From positions 120,774,450 to 120,835,986 of the forward strand of contig NC_068985.1 in assembly GCF_001194135.2 (NCBI RefSeq): a DNA stretch of 61,537 bases, read 5' to 3'. The DNA is from Octopus bimaculoides. Taxonomy: Eukaryota. The translations under genes were made by a program, and so were the position numbers. Shown in pieces: positions 37,568 through 50,508 of this stretch (position 1 is its first letter; every line of letters starts with the position of its first letter). The notes below the pieces were generated by a model. That model saw only the letters and a program-made list of their open reading frames with translations, was not told the origin of the DNA and searched no databases.

Positions 37568-38419
37568 ACATATATATATATATNNNNNNNNNNNNNNNNN
37601 NNNNNNNNNNNNNNNNNNNNNNNNNNNNNNNNNNNNNNNNNNNNNNNNNNNNNNNNNNNNNNNNNNNNNNNNNNNNNNNNNNNNNNNNNNNNNNNNNNNN
37701 NNNNNNNNNNNNNNNNNNNNNNNNNNNNNNNNNNNNNNNNNNNNNNNNNNNNNNNNNNNNNNNNNNNNNNNNNNNNNNNNNNNNNNNNNNNNNNNNNNNN
37801 NNNNNNNNNNNNNNNNNNNNNNNNNNNNNNNNNNNNNNNNNNNNNNNNNNNNNNNNNNNNNNNNNNNNNNNNNNNNNNNNNNNNNNNNNNNNNNNNNNNN
37901 NNNNNNNNNNNNNNNNNNNNNNNNNNNNNNNNNNNNNNNNNNNNNNNNNNNNNNNNNNNNNNNNNNNNNNNNNNNNNNNNNNNNNNNNNNNNNNNNNNNN
38001 NNNNNNNNNNNNNNNNNNNNNNNNNNNNNNNNNNNNNNNNNNNNNNNNNNNNNNNNNNNNNNNNNNNNNNNNNNNNNNNNNNNNNNNNNNNNNNNNNNNN
38101 NNNNNNATATATATATATATATATGCACAAACATATATATATAAACATACATATACATATATATACATTTAAATATATGCATGTATATACATATATATAT
38201 ATATTACCTGGTATAGAGTCTTTTGCATAGCTGTTGTTATCAAATATAAATATTGTATGAGGTAGTTTTTTCAGAAAAATCATTTGTTTCCTTTTTTATT
38301 CTGTCTTCCTCCTCCTCTACCTTTTCCTTCACTTTCTCTTCCTTCTCCTTCTCCTTCTTCTGTCATTAATTTTATTTTTATTATCATTACTTTTATTTCA
38401 ATTATTATTATTATTATTA

Positions 38420-38492
<73 letters not shown>

Positions 38493-39030
38493 CATTATCA
38501 TCATCATTATCATCATCATCCTTATTATCATTCTCATCATCATCATCATTTTATTAATTCCNNNNNNNNNNNNNNNNNNNNNNNNNNNNNNNNNNNNNNN
38601 NNNNNNNNNNNNNNNNNNNNNNNNNNNNNNNNNNNNNNNNNNNNNNNNNNNNNNNNNNNNNNNNNNNNNNNNNNNNNNNNNNNNNNNNNNNNNNNNNNNN
38701 NNNNNNNNNNNNNNNNNNNNNNNNNNNNNNNNNNNNNNNNNNNNNNNNNNNNNNNNNNNNNNNNNNNNNNNNNNNNNNNNNNNNNNNNNNNNNNNNNNNN
38801 NNNNNNNNNNNNNNNNNNNNNNNNNNNNNNNNNNNNNNNNNNNNNNNNNNNNNNNNNNNNNNNNNNNNNNNNNNNNNNNNNNNNNNNNNNNNNNNNNNNN
38901 NNNNNNNNNNNNNNNNNNNNNNNNNNNNNNNNNNNNNNNNNNNNNNNNNNNNNNNNNNNNNNNNNNNNNNNNNNNNNNNNNNNNNNNNNNNNNNNNNNNN
39001 NNNNNNNNNNNNNNNNNNNNNNNNNNNNNN

Positions 39031-39350
39031 GCTCGTGAAATTAACGTGCAAATGGCTGAGCACTCCACAGACACGTGTATCCTTAACGTAGTTCTCGGGG
39101 ATATTCAGCGTGTGACACAGTGTGACAAGGCAGACACCTCGAATTACAGGCACAACAGAAACAGGAAGTAAGAGTGACAGAAAGTTGTGGTGAAAGAGTA
39201 CAGCAGGGTTCGCCACCATCCCTTGCCGTAGCCTCGTGGTGCTTTAGGTGTTTTCGCTCAATAAACACTCACAACGCCCGACCTGGGAATCGAAACCGCG
39301 ATCCTATGTCCGCGAGTCCGCTGCTCTAACCACTGGGCCATTGCGCCTCC
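39031..39350 (-). mobile_element. SINE family D: family-C tail with a different head and central domain
   Basis: 39031-39150 matches the tail of 26662 and 8059; 39150-39270 has no counterpart in family C; head ggaggcgcaatggcccagtggttagagc..ggtttcgattccc. Confidence 0.88.
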
Positions 39351-39473
39351 CTTTGTGACGAGTAGATGAGTGTCATCTTTTCTAAGACGTGGTTTGATAT
39401 TGCGCTTAAGATTATCTATATGAATTACGTAGCAAATTTTCTAAGGGAAGATGTGAAAGAAACAATCATGTAT

Positions 39474-39860
39474 AGGTACAAGCGTGGCAGTGTGGGAAGA
39501 ATCTTCCTTCCCAACCACATGCTCCTGGGTTCGGTCTCACTGCGTGGCACCTTGGGCAAGTGTCTTCTATTATAGCCTCGGGCTGACCAATGCCCTGAGA
39601 GTAAATTTGGTAGACGGAAACTGAAAGAATACCGTCGTATGTACATATATATGTATATGTATGTATGTATGTACGCATGTATGTATGTATGTATGTATGT
39701 ATACATACATAGCGGTTTGGCAAATAGAGACTGAGAGAATAAATATTAGGCTTACAAAAATTAAGACTTGGGGTCGATTGCTCCGACTAAAATCCCTTTA
39801 AGGCGAAGCCCCAGCATGGACGCACTCAAATGACTGAAACAAGTAAAAGAATAAAAGAAC
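39474..39860 (+). mobile_element. SINE family B with internal (TATG)n
   Basis: cccaaccacatgctcctgggttcggtctcactgcgtggcaccttgggcaagtgtcttc..tgactgaaacaagtaaaagaataaaag. Confidence 0.93.
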
Positions 39861-39894
39861 AAAAGAATAGATATTCGTTTATATGTTGTAGCCC

Positions 39895-39930
<36 letters not shown>

Positions 39931-40049
39931 CGTGTGTCGTGTGTGTGTTTATGTTTATGTGTATATGTGTTTATGTGTTTATGTTTATGTACAATATATA
40001 CACACAAACACACATACACACACACACATATACGCATGTACATATAAGT

Positions 40050-40200
40050 GAAGTCACATGGCTCGGTGGTTAGGGCGTCAGGGTTGTAATCGTGAGGTTG
40101 TGGGTTCGATTCCCGGACCATACTGTGTTGTGTTCTGGAGCAAGACACTTTATTTTCACGTCGTTCCAGTTCACTCAGATGTAAAAATGAGTTGCAACAT
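40050..40200 (+). mobile_element. SINE family C head + CORE fragment
   Basis: A-box tggctcggtgg, B-box ggttcgattcc, CORE-like gagcaagacactttattttcacg..cactcagatgtaaaaatgag. Confidence 0.85.
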
Positions 40201-41457
40201 CGGTAACCTTGGTGAGGAGAGACTGGTACGCATGGGCGACTGCATCGCAGTTGCTTTCTAACATTAGATGCCTTTAAAGGTTTCTTTTAACCATCCATCC
40301 GCCTCACAGTCACAAAACACAAGTCAGAATGTTCATGTCGAACTGAGCGGAATGCTGTTGCATCCTCTCCTTTTCTTTGCTTGTGAATTGTACAATTACT
40401 CTTAGCTGTGGCAAGAAGAATCTCAAAATTCTGTGTCCAGCCTTCCTTTGACTAAATCCATACTCAGACTGAATTATAATATATCATATACGGAATTCAG
40501 ACATTTCTTCTGCTCCTAGAGTTCGCGATTTGGCTAGTTGTTATAAATAATTAATAGACTGATATGAAAATTAATAATACGTTAACAAGGGAGTATCCTC
40601 AGAGACAATACTTTATAATGAGAAATGTCTATGCGCTTTAAAGATCCCCTGTTCCCCTTCTCTTTCTATCTATCTGTATATGTATATATATATATATNNN
40701 NNNNNNNNNNNNNNNNNNNNNNNNNNNNNNNNNNNNNNNNNNNNNNNNNNNNNNNNNNNNNNNNNNNNNNNNNNNNNNNNNNNNNNNNNNNNNNNNNNNN
40801 NNNNNNNNNNNNNNNNNNNNNNNNNNNNNNNNNNNNNNNNNNNNNNNNNNNNNNNNNNNNNNNNNNNNNNNNNNNNNNNNNNNNNNNNNNNNNNNNNNNN
40901 NNNNNNNNNNNNNNNNNNNNNNNNNNNNNNNNNNNNNNNNNNNNNNNNNNNNNNNNNNNNNNNNNNNNNNNNNNNNNNNNNNNNNNNNNNNNNNNNNNNN
41001 NNNNNNNNNNNNNNNNNNNNNNNNNNNNNNNNNNNNNNNNNNNNNNNNNNNNNNNNNNNNNNNNNNNNNNNNNNNNNNNNNNNNNNNNNNNNNNNNNNNN
41101 NNNNNNNNNNNNNNNNNNNNNNNNNNNNNNNNNNNNNNNNNNNNNNNNNNNNNNNNNNNNNNNNNNNNNNNNNNNNNNNNNNNNNNNNNNNNNNNNNNNN
41201 NNNNNNNNNNNNNNNNNNNNNNNNNNNNNNNNNNNNNNNNNNNNNNNNNNNNNNNNNNNNNNNNNNNNNNNNNNNNNNNNNNNNNNNNNNNNNNNNNNNN
41301 NNNNNNNNNNNNNNNNNNNNNNNNNNNNNNNNNNNNNNNNNNNNNNNNNNNNNNNNNNNNNNNNNNNNNNNNNNNNNNNNNNNNNNNNNNNNNNNNNNNN
41401 NNNNNNNNNNNNNNNNNNNNNNNNNNNNNNNNNNNNNNNNNNNNNNNNNNNNNNNNN

Positions 41458-41587
41458 GCCTTTCATCCTTTCGGGGTCGAAAAATAAAGCACCAGTTACG
41501 CACTGGAGTCGATGTAATCGACTTAATCCGTTTGTCTGTTCTTGTTTGTCCCCTCTATGTTTAGCCCCTTGTGGGCAATAAAGAATA
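41458..41587 (+). mobile_element. family-A-related SINE 3' part with an alternative tail
   Basis: gcctttcatcctttcggggtcgaaaaataaagcaccagtt..tcgact as in family A, then an unrelated tail ttaatccgtttgtctgttc..gggcaataaagaa; 5' part lies in the gap. Confidence 0.85.
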
Positions 41588-41867
41588 TGAATGTATATAT
41601 CTTGTTCTATGCTGCCCACATCAAACATGTCAACCGTTCAATGTGAAATGCTACACTTGGCATACCTATGGTGTATGTTTATTTGTATATAAATGCATAT
41701 GTAAATATATATATGCGAATCTCTCCCTCTCCCTCTCTCACTCTCTGCTTGCTCGTGCGTTTGCGTGTGTTTTACACAGACCCATTTATATACATATACA
41801 TGTATTTTGTATGAATAATTGATAAAAGATATATGCATTAAATGTCAGTTTGTGCATTATATGCACG

Positions 41868-41923
<56 letters not shown>

Positions 41924-42402
41924 CATAAACATACACACACAAACACGCACACATACGCTGATCCATATAAATGTGTAGTATGAGTGTATATATGAATATA
42001 TGTATGTATGTGTGTGTATGTATAATATTTATATATATCAAATGTGTCTGTGCGCGCGCGTATCTAGTTTATACGTTTGTATTTCTATATATGTTTGTAT
42101 TCTTCTGACAGTAGTAGTTTTCTTACATGAGTACTTGATGAAATGAAAGTTTAGCGAAGTAGGAGTAGTCGGAGGAGGATGAGAAGGGGGGAGGGGTAGC
42201 AGCAGAATTACGTTGTATTCCCATGAGTCTGGTAAATTGGTATGATGTGTGATGTGTGATATCCATTTCATGAAATTGCTTCTAGTATAAATCTTCTTGT
42301 ACTGCTGACAATTTACAGGCAAATAGGCAATTTAATAAAGTCTACGACATTTTCTGAAACGGTGTTGGCGATGATAGCGAAGATGGTGATGGTTATGCTG
42401 CT

Positions 42403-42433
<31 letters not shown>

Positions 42434-42575
42434 ACGACGACGACGACGATGACGATAATGATGATGATGATGATGATCATCATCATCATCATGATGACGA
42501 CAATGATGATAACAAAAACTGTAAAAACAAAAACAAAACAAAAACAAAAACGAGATCAAACACAACAGCAGCAGC

Positions 42576-42610
<35 letters not shown>

Positions 42611-42877
42611 TAATAATAATAATAATGTATTTCCGGTTAATTGTTATAAGGGCTCCTGTGTTCAATCAAAAGTTGTACAGCACTGGGTACACGATGGTAA
42701 TGTGTTCATGTGTGTATACGCGCAGGTAGTCACACATAGACACATGCAGTATAATATATGATATATATTAGGCTAATATACACGCATAAATATTACACAC
42801 ACACACGCACACATACGCAAGACACACACAACAAACACACAAATATATATATGTGTGTTTGTGTGTGCATGACTATG

Positions 42878-42926
<49 letters not shown>

Positions 42927-43359
42927 NNNNNNNNNNNNNNNNNNNNNNNNNNNNNNNNNNNNNNNNNNNNNNNNNNNNNNNNNNNNNNNNNNNNNNNNNN
43001 NNNNNNNNNNNNNNNNNNNNNNNNNNNNNNNNNNNNNNNNNNNNNNNNNNNNNNNNNNNNNNNNNNNNNNNNNNNNNNNNNNNNNNNNNNNNNNNNNNNN
43101 NNNNNNNNNNNNNNNNNNNNNNNNNNTATATATATACCTCATTAGACACAATTTTATGATCAGATTCCCTTCTGTTCTGTTACCTAACTCGCTTGCATAT
43201 CTTCGAAGAGGATGGAAGATGAATCTACCTTCGTGCAGTAGTTTAGTCAAACGCGGGTAGCTGCTTTCCTGTTGTCATATTGAATTTGAGACGATGAGAT
43301 GGCTGAACGACTTCCGGTACTCTTTCCGGTATTTTGTTCTCTGATATCGTCGTAGTCAA

Positions 43360-43630
43360 CTTTATGTTTTTCATCCTTTCGAGAGCGATAAATATATTGA
43401 CCAGTACAGTACTTGGGATCGAAACAAGTCATTATACCACCGTCTCCAAAATGTGAGTCTCTTACGCTATCTTAGAAATCATTACTAATATGGCGGTGTA
43501 CTGGCATAGTCACTAAAGCTTTGTTCCTAATTGTATTTTTTAATTACGGCTTTCCATATATTGAGTTCAAATACCGCCGATGACATCTTTACCATTCATC
43601 GCTTCGGTATCGATTCTTCATCTTGTACCA
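43360..43630 (+). mobile_element. two degenerate family-A SINE pieces in tandem
   Basis: ttcatcctttcgagagcgataaa..; tatggcggtgtactggcatagtc..ttgagttcaaataccgccga. Confidence 0.55.
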
Positions 43631-46600
43631 ATTAAAGTGGTTCCTATGTAGGCGTACGTGAACCTTATTTAAGCAAACTTATCATTTAAAATATTCCAGA
43701 TATGGCCACCACATCCTTTTCCAATGTACAGGAACACAGGTAATCATTTCCTCCTTTAATACATTCGGGTTGTGTGACGTAAAGTAGATCTGTTTACTGT
43801 TTCTATCTGGCCCAGCGAGCCGGCAGAACAGCAGTTCTCAATCTCACAAGCTCTATCCTCCCAACTAAATATTAGCAGAATATCTTATCACCCACTCATC
43901 TTCTTTAATAAAGAGAATGCAGAATAGTATATCCAGCTATATTTCTGTGGCATCACCATAGTGTTGGATAATATTATATTGTTTGAAACAATCTAAATTT
44001 TATTGATCACCGCAATTTTCCTCGCCCCTTTTTAATACTTACACGCCACAAACTAGTGATTAGGCTGTCATTTGAAGGCTGAAACAATGCAGAACGCATT
44101 GTGACCAGCTATGTGTAACTACATCTGATGGCCTAGTCAGTCACGTTATCACATGATCACATCCCACGCAAGGGGAGCTTTAGTCTTCTCCTATATGAAA
44201 CATTTCTATATGAAATAGAAGATTCCTCGTTGGGTAGGTGAAGCAAATTGGCATTGGCGCACCAGACACGGCAGCAAAACTCTTTGCATTATTTCGTTCC
44301 TGCTCTCTAAGTTCAAATTATATCGTGTCAGCTTTTGTTTTATGCTTCTTTACATATATTTTTAACATCAAATATTGTAGTCCATCGATTTAAATATGTT
44401 TCCTCCCACATCAATTTTTATCTTTCTTTGTTCAGCTTTAAAATTATTATTGTTGTTTCGTACTATGTCAGTAGATACAGTTTACCTATAATTGAACTGG
44501 CGTATAGAATATGATAGCAAATTATACGTTAATCAGCAAGTCATGGGTCATAATTTTATAATTGGCCTACTTTTTCATAAATATAGGATGAGATTAGTTG
44601 AAATTAATGCGGCCTGAATTATCTCTGTGTCTTCTCTCTATTCATTTCCTAGTCTAAGAAGGGATGAATGTAACGTCAAAGTTATTAGCTCGAGGCAAGA
44701 TAGACTCGGCAACATTGACTCGCTACTCGATACTGTATATGCAGTCGTGTGTACACATATACATGCATACATACATACATAGGTACATACATAGATGCAT
44801 AATTATATGTATACATTTATATAGACATACAAATATATATAGATATAAATATATATATATATGCACACGTGTATATATAGATGTATAGAGATACATATGT
44901 ACATACATATATATTATATGCATAACTTATTATCAGATTCATTTGTGCGTGCGTGTGAAAACATCTATAAGTATAAAGATGTGTGAGTGTGCATGTATGC
45001 ATGTACATATATTTTTATGTATATATATATATATATTATGTATATATATATATATATATANNNNNNNNNNNNNNNNNNNNNNNNNNNNNNNNNNNNNNNN
45101 NNNNNNNNNNNNNNNNNNNNNNNNNNNNNNNNNNNNNNNNNNNNNNNNNNNNNNNNNNNNNNNNNNNNNNNNNNNNNNNNNNNNNNNNNNNNNNNNNNNN
45201 NNNNNNNNNNNNNNNNNNNNNNNNNNNNNNNNNNNNNNNNNNNNNNNNNNNNNNNNNNNNNNNNNNNNNNNNNNNNNNNNNNNNNNNNNNNNNNNNNNNN
45301 NNNNNNNNNNNNNNNNNNNNNNNNNNNNNNNNNNNNNNNNNNNNNNNNNNNNNNNNNNNNNNNNNNNNNNNNNNNNNNNNNNNNNNNNNNNNNNNNNNNN
45401 NNNNNNNNNNNNNNNNNNNNNNNNNNNNNNNNNNNNNNNNNNNNNNNNNNNNNNNNNNNNNNNNNNNNNNNNNNNNNNNNNNNNNNNNNNNNNNNNNNNN
45501 NNNNNNNNNNNNNNNNNNNNNNNNNNNNNNNNNNNNNNNNNNNNNNNNNNNNNNNNNNNNNNNNNNNNNNNNNNNNNNNNNNNNNNNNNTATATATATAT
45601 ATATATATATATGTTTGGAATGAGCGAGAGAGGGATAAATGTACCTCGCCACCAATACTTATGTAGCGATGTAGCGATCATAATTACCTTTATAATCTCC
45701 AACCAGACAATAAAACTAGCTGTTAAGTTACTAATTAAGTCCTGAAATTCTCTTCGATTTCTAAACCATATACCTTGTTATCGTTGTGGTATCTATTATT
45801 GACTAGGAACACGTGATATTTGCTGCAAATGAAACATGTTTCACTAATTACTTGGTTGTAACTGGACTAGACTGGTACTTTGCTATTCTTCGGATTGTGC
45901 TACAGTCGACTTCACTTTGTGTATTATACCATGAAAGAAACATCGATGCGATCGCTTGAGTTACTTGAAATAACAGCAAAAATTTTCCGAGAGTAGATTC
46001 CAACGTCTTAAATAAGTGAATGTCACATATTAGATAATATAATCCAAGATATAGCACCAGTTGAAATAAAGTTTTGATGAACATGGCAAGGATTCGTTTG
46101 GTGATAAGTTCCTTCCCTCTGCCTTGAGCTAGAGCTAAACAACAGAAAAGGCGGTGAAACGGTTGAGTCGTTAGCGTGTTGCAAAGTTACCTTGCAGTTG
46201 GCATTCTGGTTCTTCGCACTCTGAGTTCAAATACGACCAAAGCCAACATTTTCACTTTTCCCCCCGAATTGTATATGTATAATTTAGGGTGACAGTCCTA
46301 TCCTAACGTCGATGCCTCTTTTCTCTGTTTCCCAGTATCTTTCTCTGTCTTTCTCTTTCTATCATCTCTCTTTCTCTGTTGCTCTCTCTCTCTCTCTCTC
46401 ACATACACACAACACAGATAAATGCTCTGTGCGTGTGTNNNNNNNNNNNNNNNNNNNNNNNNNNNNNNNNNNNNNNNNNNNNNNNNNNNNNNNNNNNNNN
46501 NNNNNNNNNNNNNNNNNNNNNNNNNNNNNNNNNNNNNNNNNNNNNNNNNNNNNNNNNNNNNNNNNNNNNNNNNNNNNNNNNNNNNNNNNNNNNNNNNNNN

Positions 46601-47407
46601 NNNNNNNNNNNNNNNNNNNNNNNNNNNNNNNNNNNNNNNNNNNNNNNNNNNNNNNNNNNNNNNNNNNNNNNNNNNNNNNNNNNNNNNNNNNNNNNNNNNN
46701 NNNNNNNNNNNNNNNNNNNNNNNNNNNNNNNNNNNNNNNNNNNNNNNNNNNNNNNNNNNNNNNNNNNNNNNNNNNNNNNNNNNNNNNNNNNNNNNNNNNN
46801 NNNNNNNNNNNNNNNNNNNNNNNNNNNNNNNNNNNNNNNNNNNNNNNNNNNNNNNNNNNNNNNNNNNNNNNNNNNNNNNNNNNNNNNNNNNNNNNNNNNN
46901 NNNNNNNNNNNNNNNNNNNNNNNNNNNNNNNNNNNNNNNNNNNNNNNNNNNNNNNNNNNNNNNNNNNNNNNNNNNNNNNNNNNNNNNNNNNNNNNNNNNN
47001 NNNNNNNNNNNNNNNNNNNNNNNNNNNNNNNNNNNNNNNNNNNNNNNNNNNNNNNNNNNNNNNNNNNNNNNNNNNNNNNNNNNNNNNNNNNNNNNNNNNN
47101 NNNNNNNNNNNNNNNNNNNNNNNNNNNNNNNNNNNNNNNNNNNNNNNNNNNNNNNNNNNNNNNNNNNNNNNNNNNNNNNNNNNNNNNNNNNNNNNNNNNN
47201 NNNNNNNNNNTATATATATATGTGTGTGTATGTGTATATTTTTGCGTGTCTGTGTTTATCCCACATAAAGGATATATATATATATATACATATGCACGTA
47301 TAAATATATTTATGTATTTACATGTGTGTGTATGTATATGTATGGACATAGGATTCATGTATACATACATACATATATATACATACATACATAAATAAAT
47401 ACATACA

Positions 47408-47441
<34 letters not shown>

Positions 47442-47854
47442 CATACATACATACAAAGATTGCCATCACTCTGCCAACAAGTAAGTAATATCTAGAGTGG
47501 TGTTACTGAAACGACTTCTGAAAAAGAAAAAAATAACAATAGGACATTTACTTGCACTATTATGAATCGTGTAACACTGGATTATAATTCCCTTACTCTG
47601 TAAAGCTATGATGCTCTTCCGAGAGCCAGTAAGGAATATTTATAACAGTTATTTCCCTTATATTTTCTCAGAAACAAACTCGGCTGACCTTCTTATTGAT
47701 CAATAATCCGTATCATTAATAGCCATTCGGTTCACTAGCTAGTGTATTTATATATGTACATGAGCGTGTGTGTTTGTGTGTATGTGTGTATATGCATACT
47801 ATGTATACATGTATATGCATGCGAATATATATATATGTGTGTGTGTGTGTGTGT

Positions 47855-47913
<59 letters not shown>

Positions 47914-48620
47914 NNNNNNNNNNNNNNNNNNNNNNNNNNNNNNNNNNNNNNNNNNNNNNNNNNNNNNNNNNNNNNNNNNNNNNNNNNNNNNNNNNNNNNN
48001 NNNNNNNNNNNNNNNNNNNNNNNNNNNNNNNNNNNNNNNNNNNNNNNNNNNNNNNNNNNNNNNNNNNNNNNNNNNNNNNNNNNNNNNNNNNNNNNNNNNN
48101 NNNNNNNNNNNNNNNNNNNNNNNNNNNNNNNNNNNNNNNNNNNNNNNNNNNNNNNNNNNNNNNNNNNNNNNNNNNNNNNNNNNNNNNNNNNNNNNNNNNN
48201 NNNNNNNNNNNNNNNNNNNNNNNNNNNNNNNNNNNNNNNNNNNNNNNNNNNNNNNNNNNNNNNNNNNNNNNNNNNNNNNNNNNNNNNNNNNNNNNNNNNN
48301 NNNNNNNNNNNNNNNNNNNNNNNNNNNNNNNNNNNNNNNNNNNNNNNNNNNNNNNNNNNNNNNNNNNNNNNNNNNNNNNNNNNNNNNNNNNNNNNNNNNN
48401 NNNNNNNNNNNNNNNNNNNNNNNNNNNNNNNNNNNNNNNNNNNNNNNNNNNNNNNNNNNNNNNNNNNNNNNNNNNNNNNNNNNNNNNNNNNNNNNNNNNN
48501 NNNNNNNNNNNNNNNNNNNNNNNNNNNNNNNNNNNNNNNNNNNNNNNNNNNNNNNNNNNNNNNNNNNNNNNNNNNNNNNNNNNNNNNNNNNNNNNNNNNN
48601 NNNNNNNNNNNNNNNNNNNN

Positions 48621-48670
<50 letters not shown>

Positions 48671-48671
<1 letters not shown>

Positions 48672-49520
48672 CACCTTCCGGATAGCTACCATTGCTAGCT
48701 ATGCAGACGATACGAAAGACTCGTAGAAAATACAAAACCCTAGCGATGTTGCACGCCTGCTGCAGGAGTTGGACGCAATTTACAGATGGACTGAGGATAA
48801 TAATATGCAGTCTAATTAATGCTGGAAAATTCCAAGCCCTGCGCTACCACCACCCAAAACTGAAATTAAAAAAAAATTTACAGGATACATTAGCACAGGG
48901 GCGATTACAATCCCAGAACCTAATTCTGTGCGTGACCTGGGTATCGACATGAGGGATGATATCTCTTTCCAAATGCACATTACCAAGTTGGCGACAAAGT
49001 GCAGACGGCTAGCTGGCTGGATCCTGATAACCTTCAGAACCAGATAGAAGGAAACCATGATGGTCCTCTGGAGGACATTCGTCCTCGGCCGCCTTGACTA
49101 CTACTCCCAACTATGGTCACCCCACAGTGTAAAATTAATAGCTGAACTTGAAGCAATCCACCGAAGCTTCACAAAGAAGATCGTTTCATTCCAACAGCTC
49201 AGTTACTGGAAAAGGCTGAAACAGTTAAGACTCTACTCCCTGGAACGAAGGCGGGAGAGATATGCAATAATATACATCTGGAAGATCCAGGAAACGATTG
49301 TCAAATTTTGGCATTGAAAACTACACAAATGCCAGAACGGGTCGCCACTGTACAGTGTCAAACATCCCAACAATACCGTCACGCTTCAGGACCAGTTACT
49401 GCAACAGGCTGGGTTTCAAGGACCCACCACTTTTTAATATTCTCCCAAAGAGCCTGAGCGACTTACACAAAATGGATGTAGGTGTTTTCAAAACAAGACT
49501 CGATCTCTTCCTGTTGAGAT
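48671..49520 (+). mobile_element. CR1-clade LINE ORF2 3' fragment (RT catalytic motif to C-terminus), disrupted
   Basis: ATIASYADDTK (YADD 48700-11), LDAIYRWTEDNNM, GKFQALRY, RDLGI, RLDYYSQLWSPH, YWKRLKQLRLYSLERRRERY, LFNILPKSL, FKTRLDLFL; several stops and frameshifts; starts directly after (TATG)n. Confidence 0.95.
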
Positions 49521-50113
49521 ATAAAGTTTTTTACCATTATATTATGAATGACATTTTCCATATTCATATATCGGATACGCATTTTTATATACTTACCTAT
49601 CAGATCTCCGTTGGAAAAAGTCTGTCCATTTCAAACTTCAGTATAATTTGACATGCTAGAAATTAATACAGTGTGATAGTATGAATGTTTCCGGAAATAC
49701 AACTACATGATTTTCGTGCGGTATTATACAACCTTTTACTTCCATACAGGTGTTTTTAATGCCGTTAAGCTAATGTTGTACTTCATAAATTTAGAATCTT
49801 TTCGTTTGCTTACCACTTTAGTTTGTGTTTCAAGAGTTTATTTTTATGATTATTTTGTGCTGAACTCGGACAGTGGGAAAGGAGATAAGAATGGTATTTC
49901 ATGCTTACGGCTTCTGTTCATTTTAATTTCTTTTAAATCGTTGATTTTTCAAGAATAATGAACCCTTTATAATGTAAAATAATATTATAAGGGATTTATT
50001 ATCTCATGTTATGTTAATTCGTTTCCTGTGTCCGCTACTCACACTTGCTGAAGAAAAGATTTCAGTGTACTGAGAATGTAACTGTTCTATTCACTATTCA
50101 ACCAGGAACATCC

Positions 50114-50508
50114 CTTTATATTTTATTTGCTTCACCTATTAGATTGGGACCATGCTGGTACATCGTCTTGAAGGGTTTAGTCAAAGAAACCGAATACAGT
50201 ACTGTACTTTGTCTTTTAAATCTGTTATTTATTTTAAGGGTTTCTTTTGCAGACCCATCTGCTTACAGCGTTGTGAACAAACCAACAGCGTTAGTCAAGC
50301 GGTAGGGAAGGGCAAACATAAACACACATACACACACACATACGAAGAGCTTCTCGGCTATTACCGTCTACAAAATTCACTCAAAAAGCATGGAAAGACT
50401 ATGGGCTACAGTAAAAGACACGTGGCCAAGGTACCACCAGGTGGGAGTGAACTCGAAACCACGTGGATGCAAAACAAAGTTCTTAAACTCACCGCCATAC
50501 CTGCACCT
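50114..50508 (-). mobile_element. old family-B SINE
   Basis: Colinear with, but strongly diverged from, 54303-54720. Confidence 0.8.

Noticed and set aside
40050-40130. tRNA-like sequence, also in other SINE heads
   Set aside because: A and B boxes are present but there is no closed acceptor stem, and the sequence runs straight into a SINE CORE domain; not a tRNA gene.
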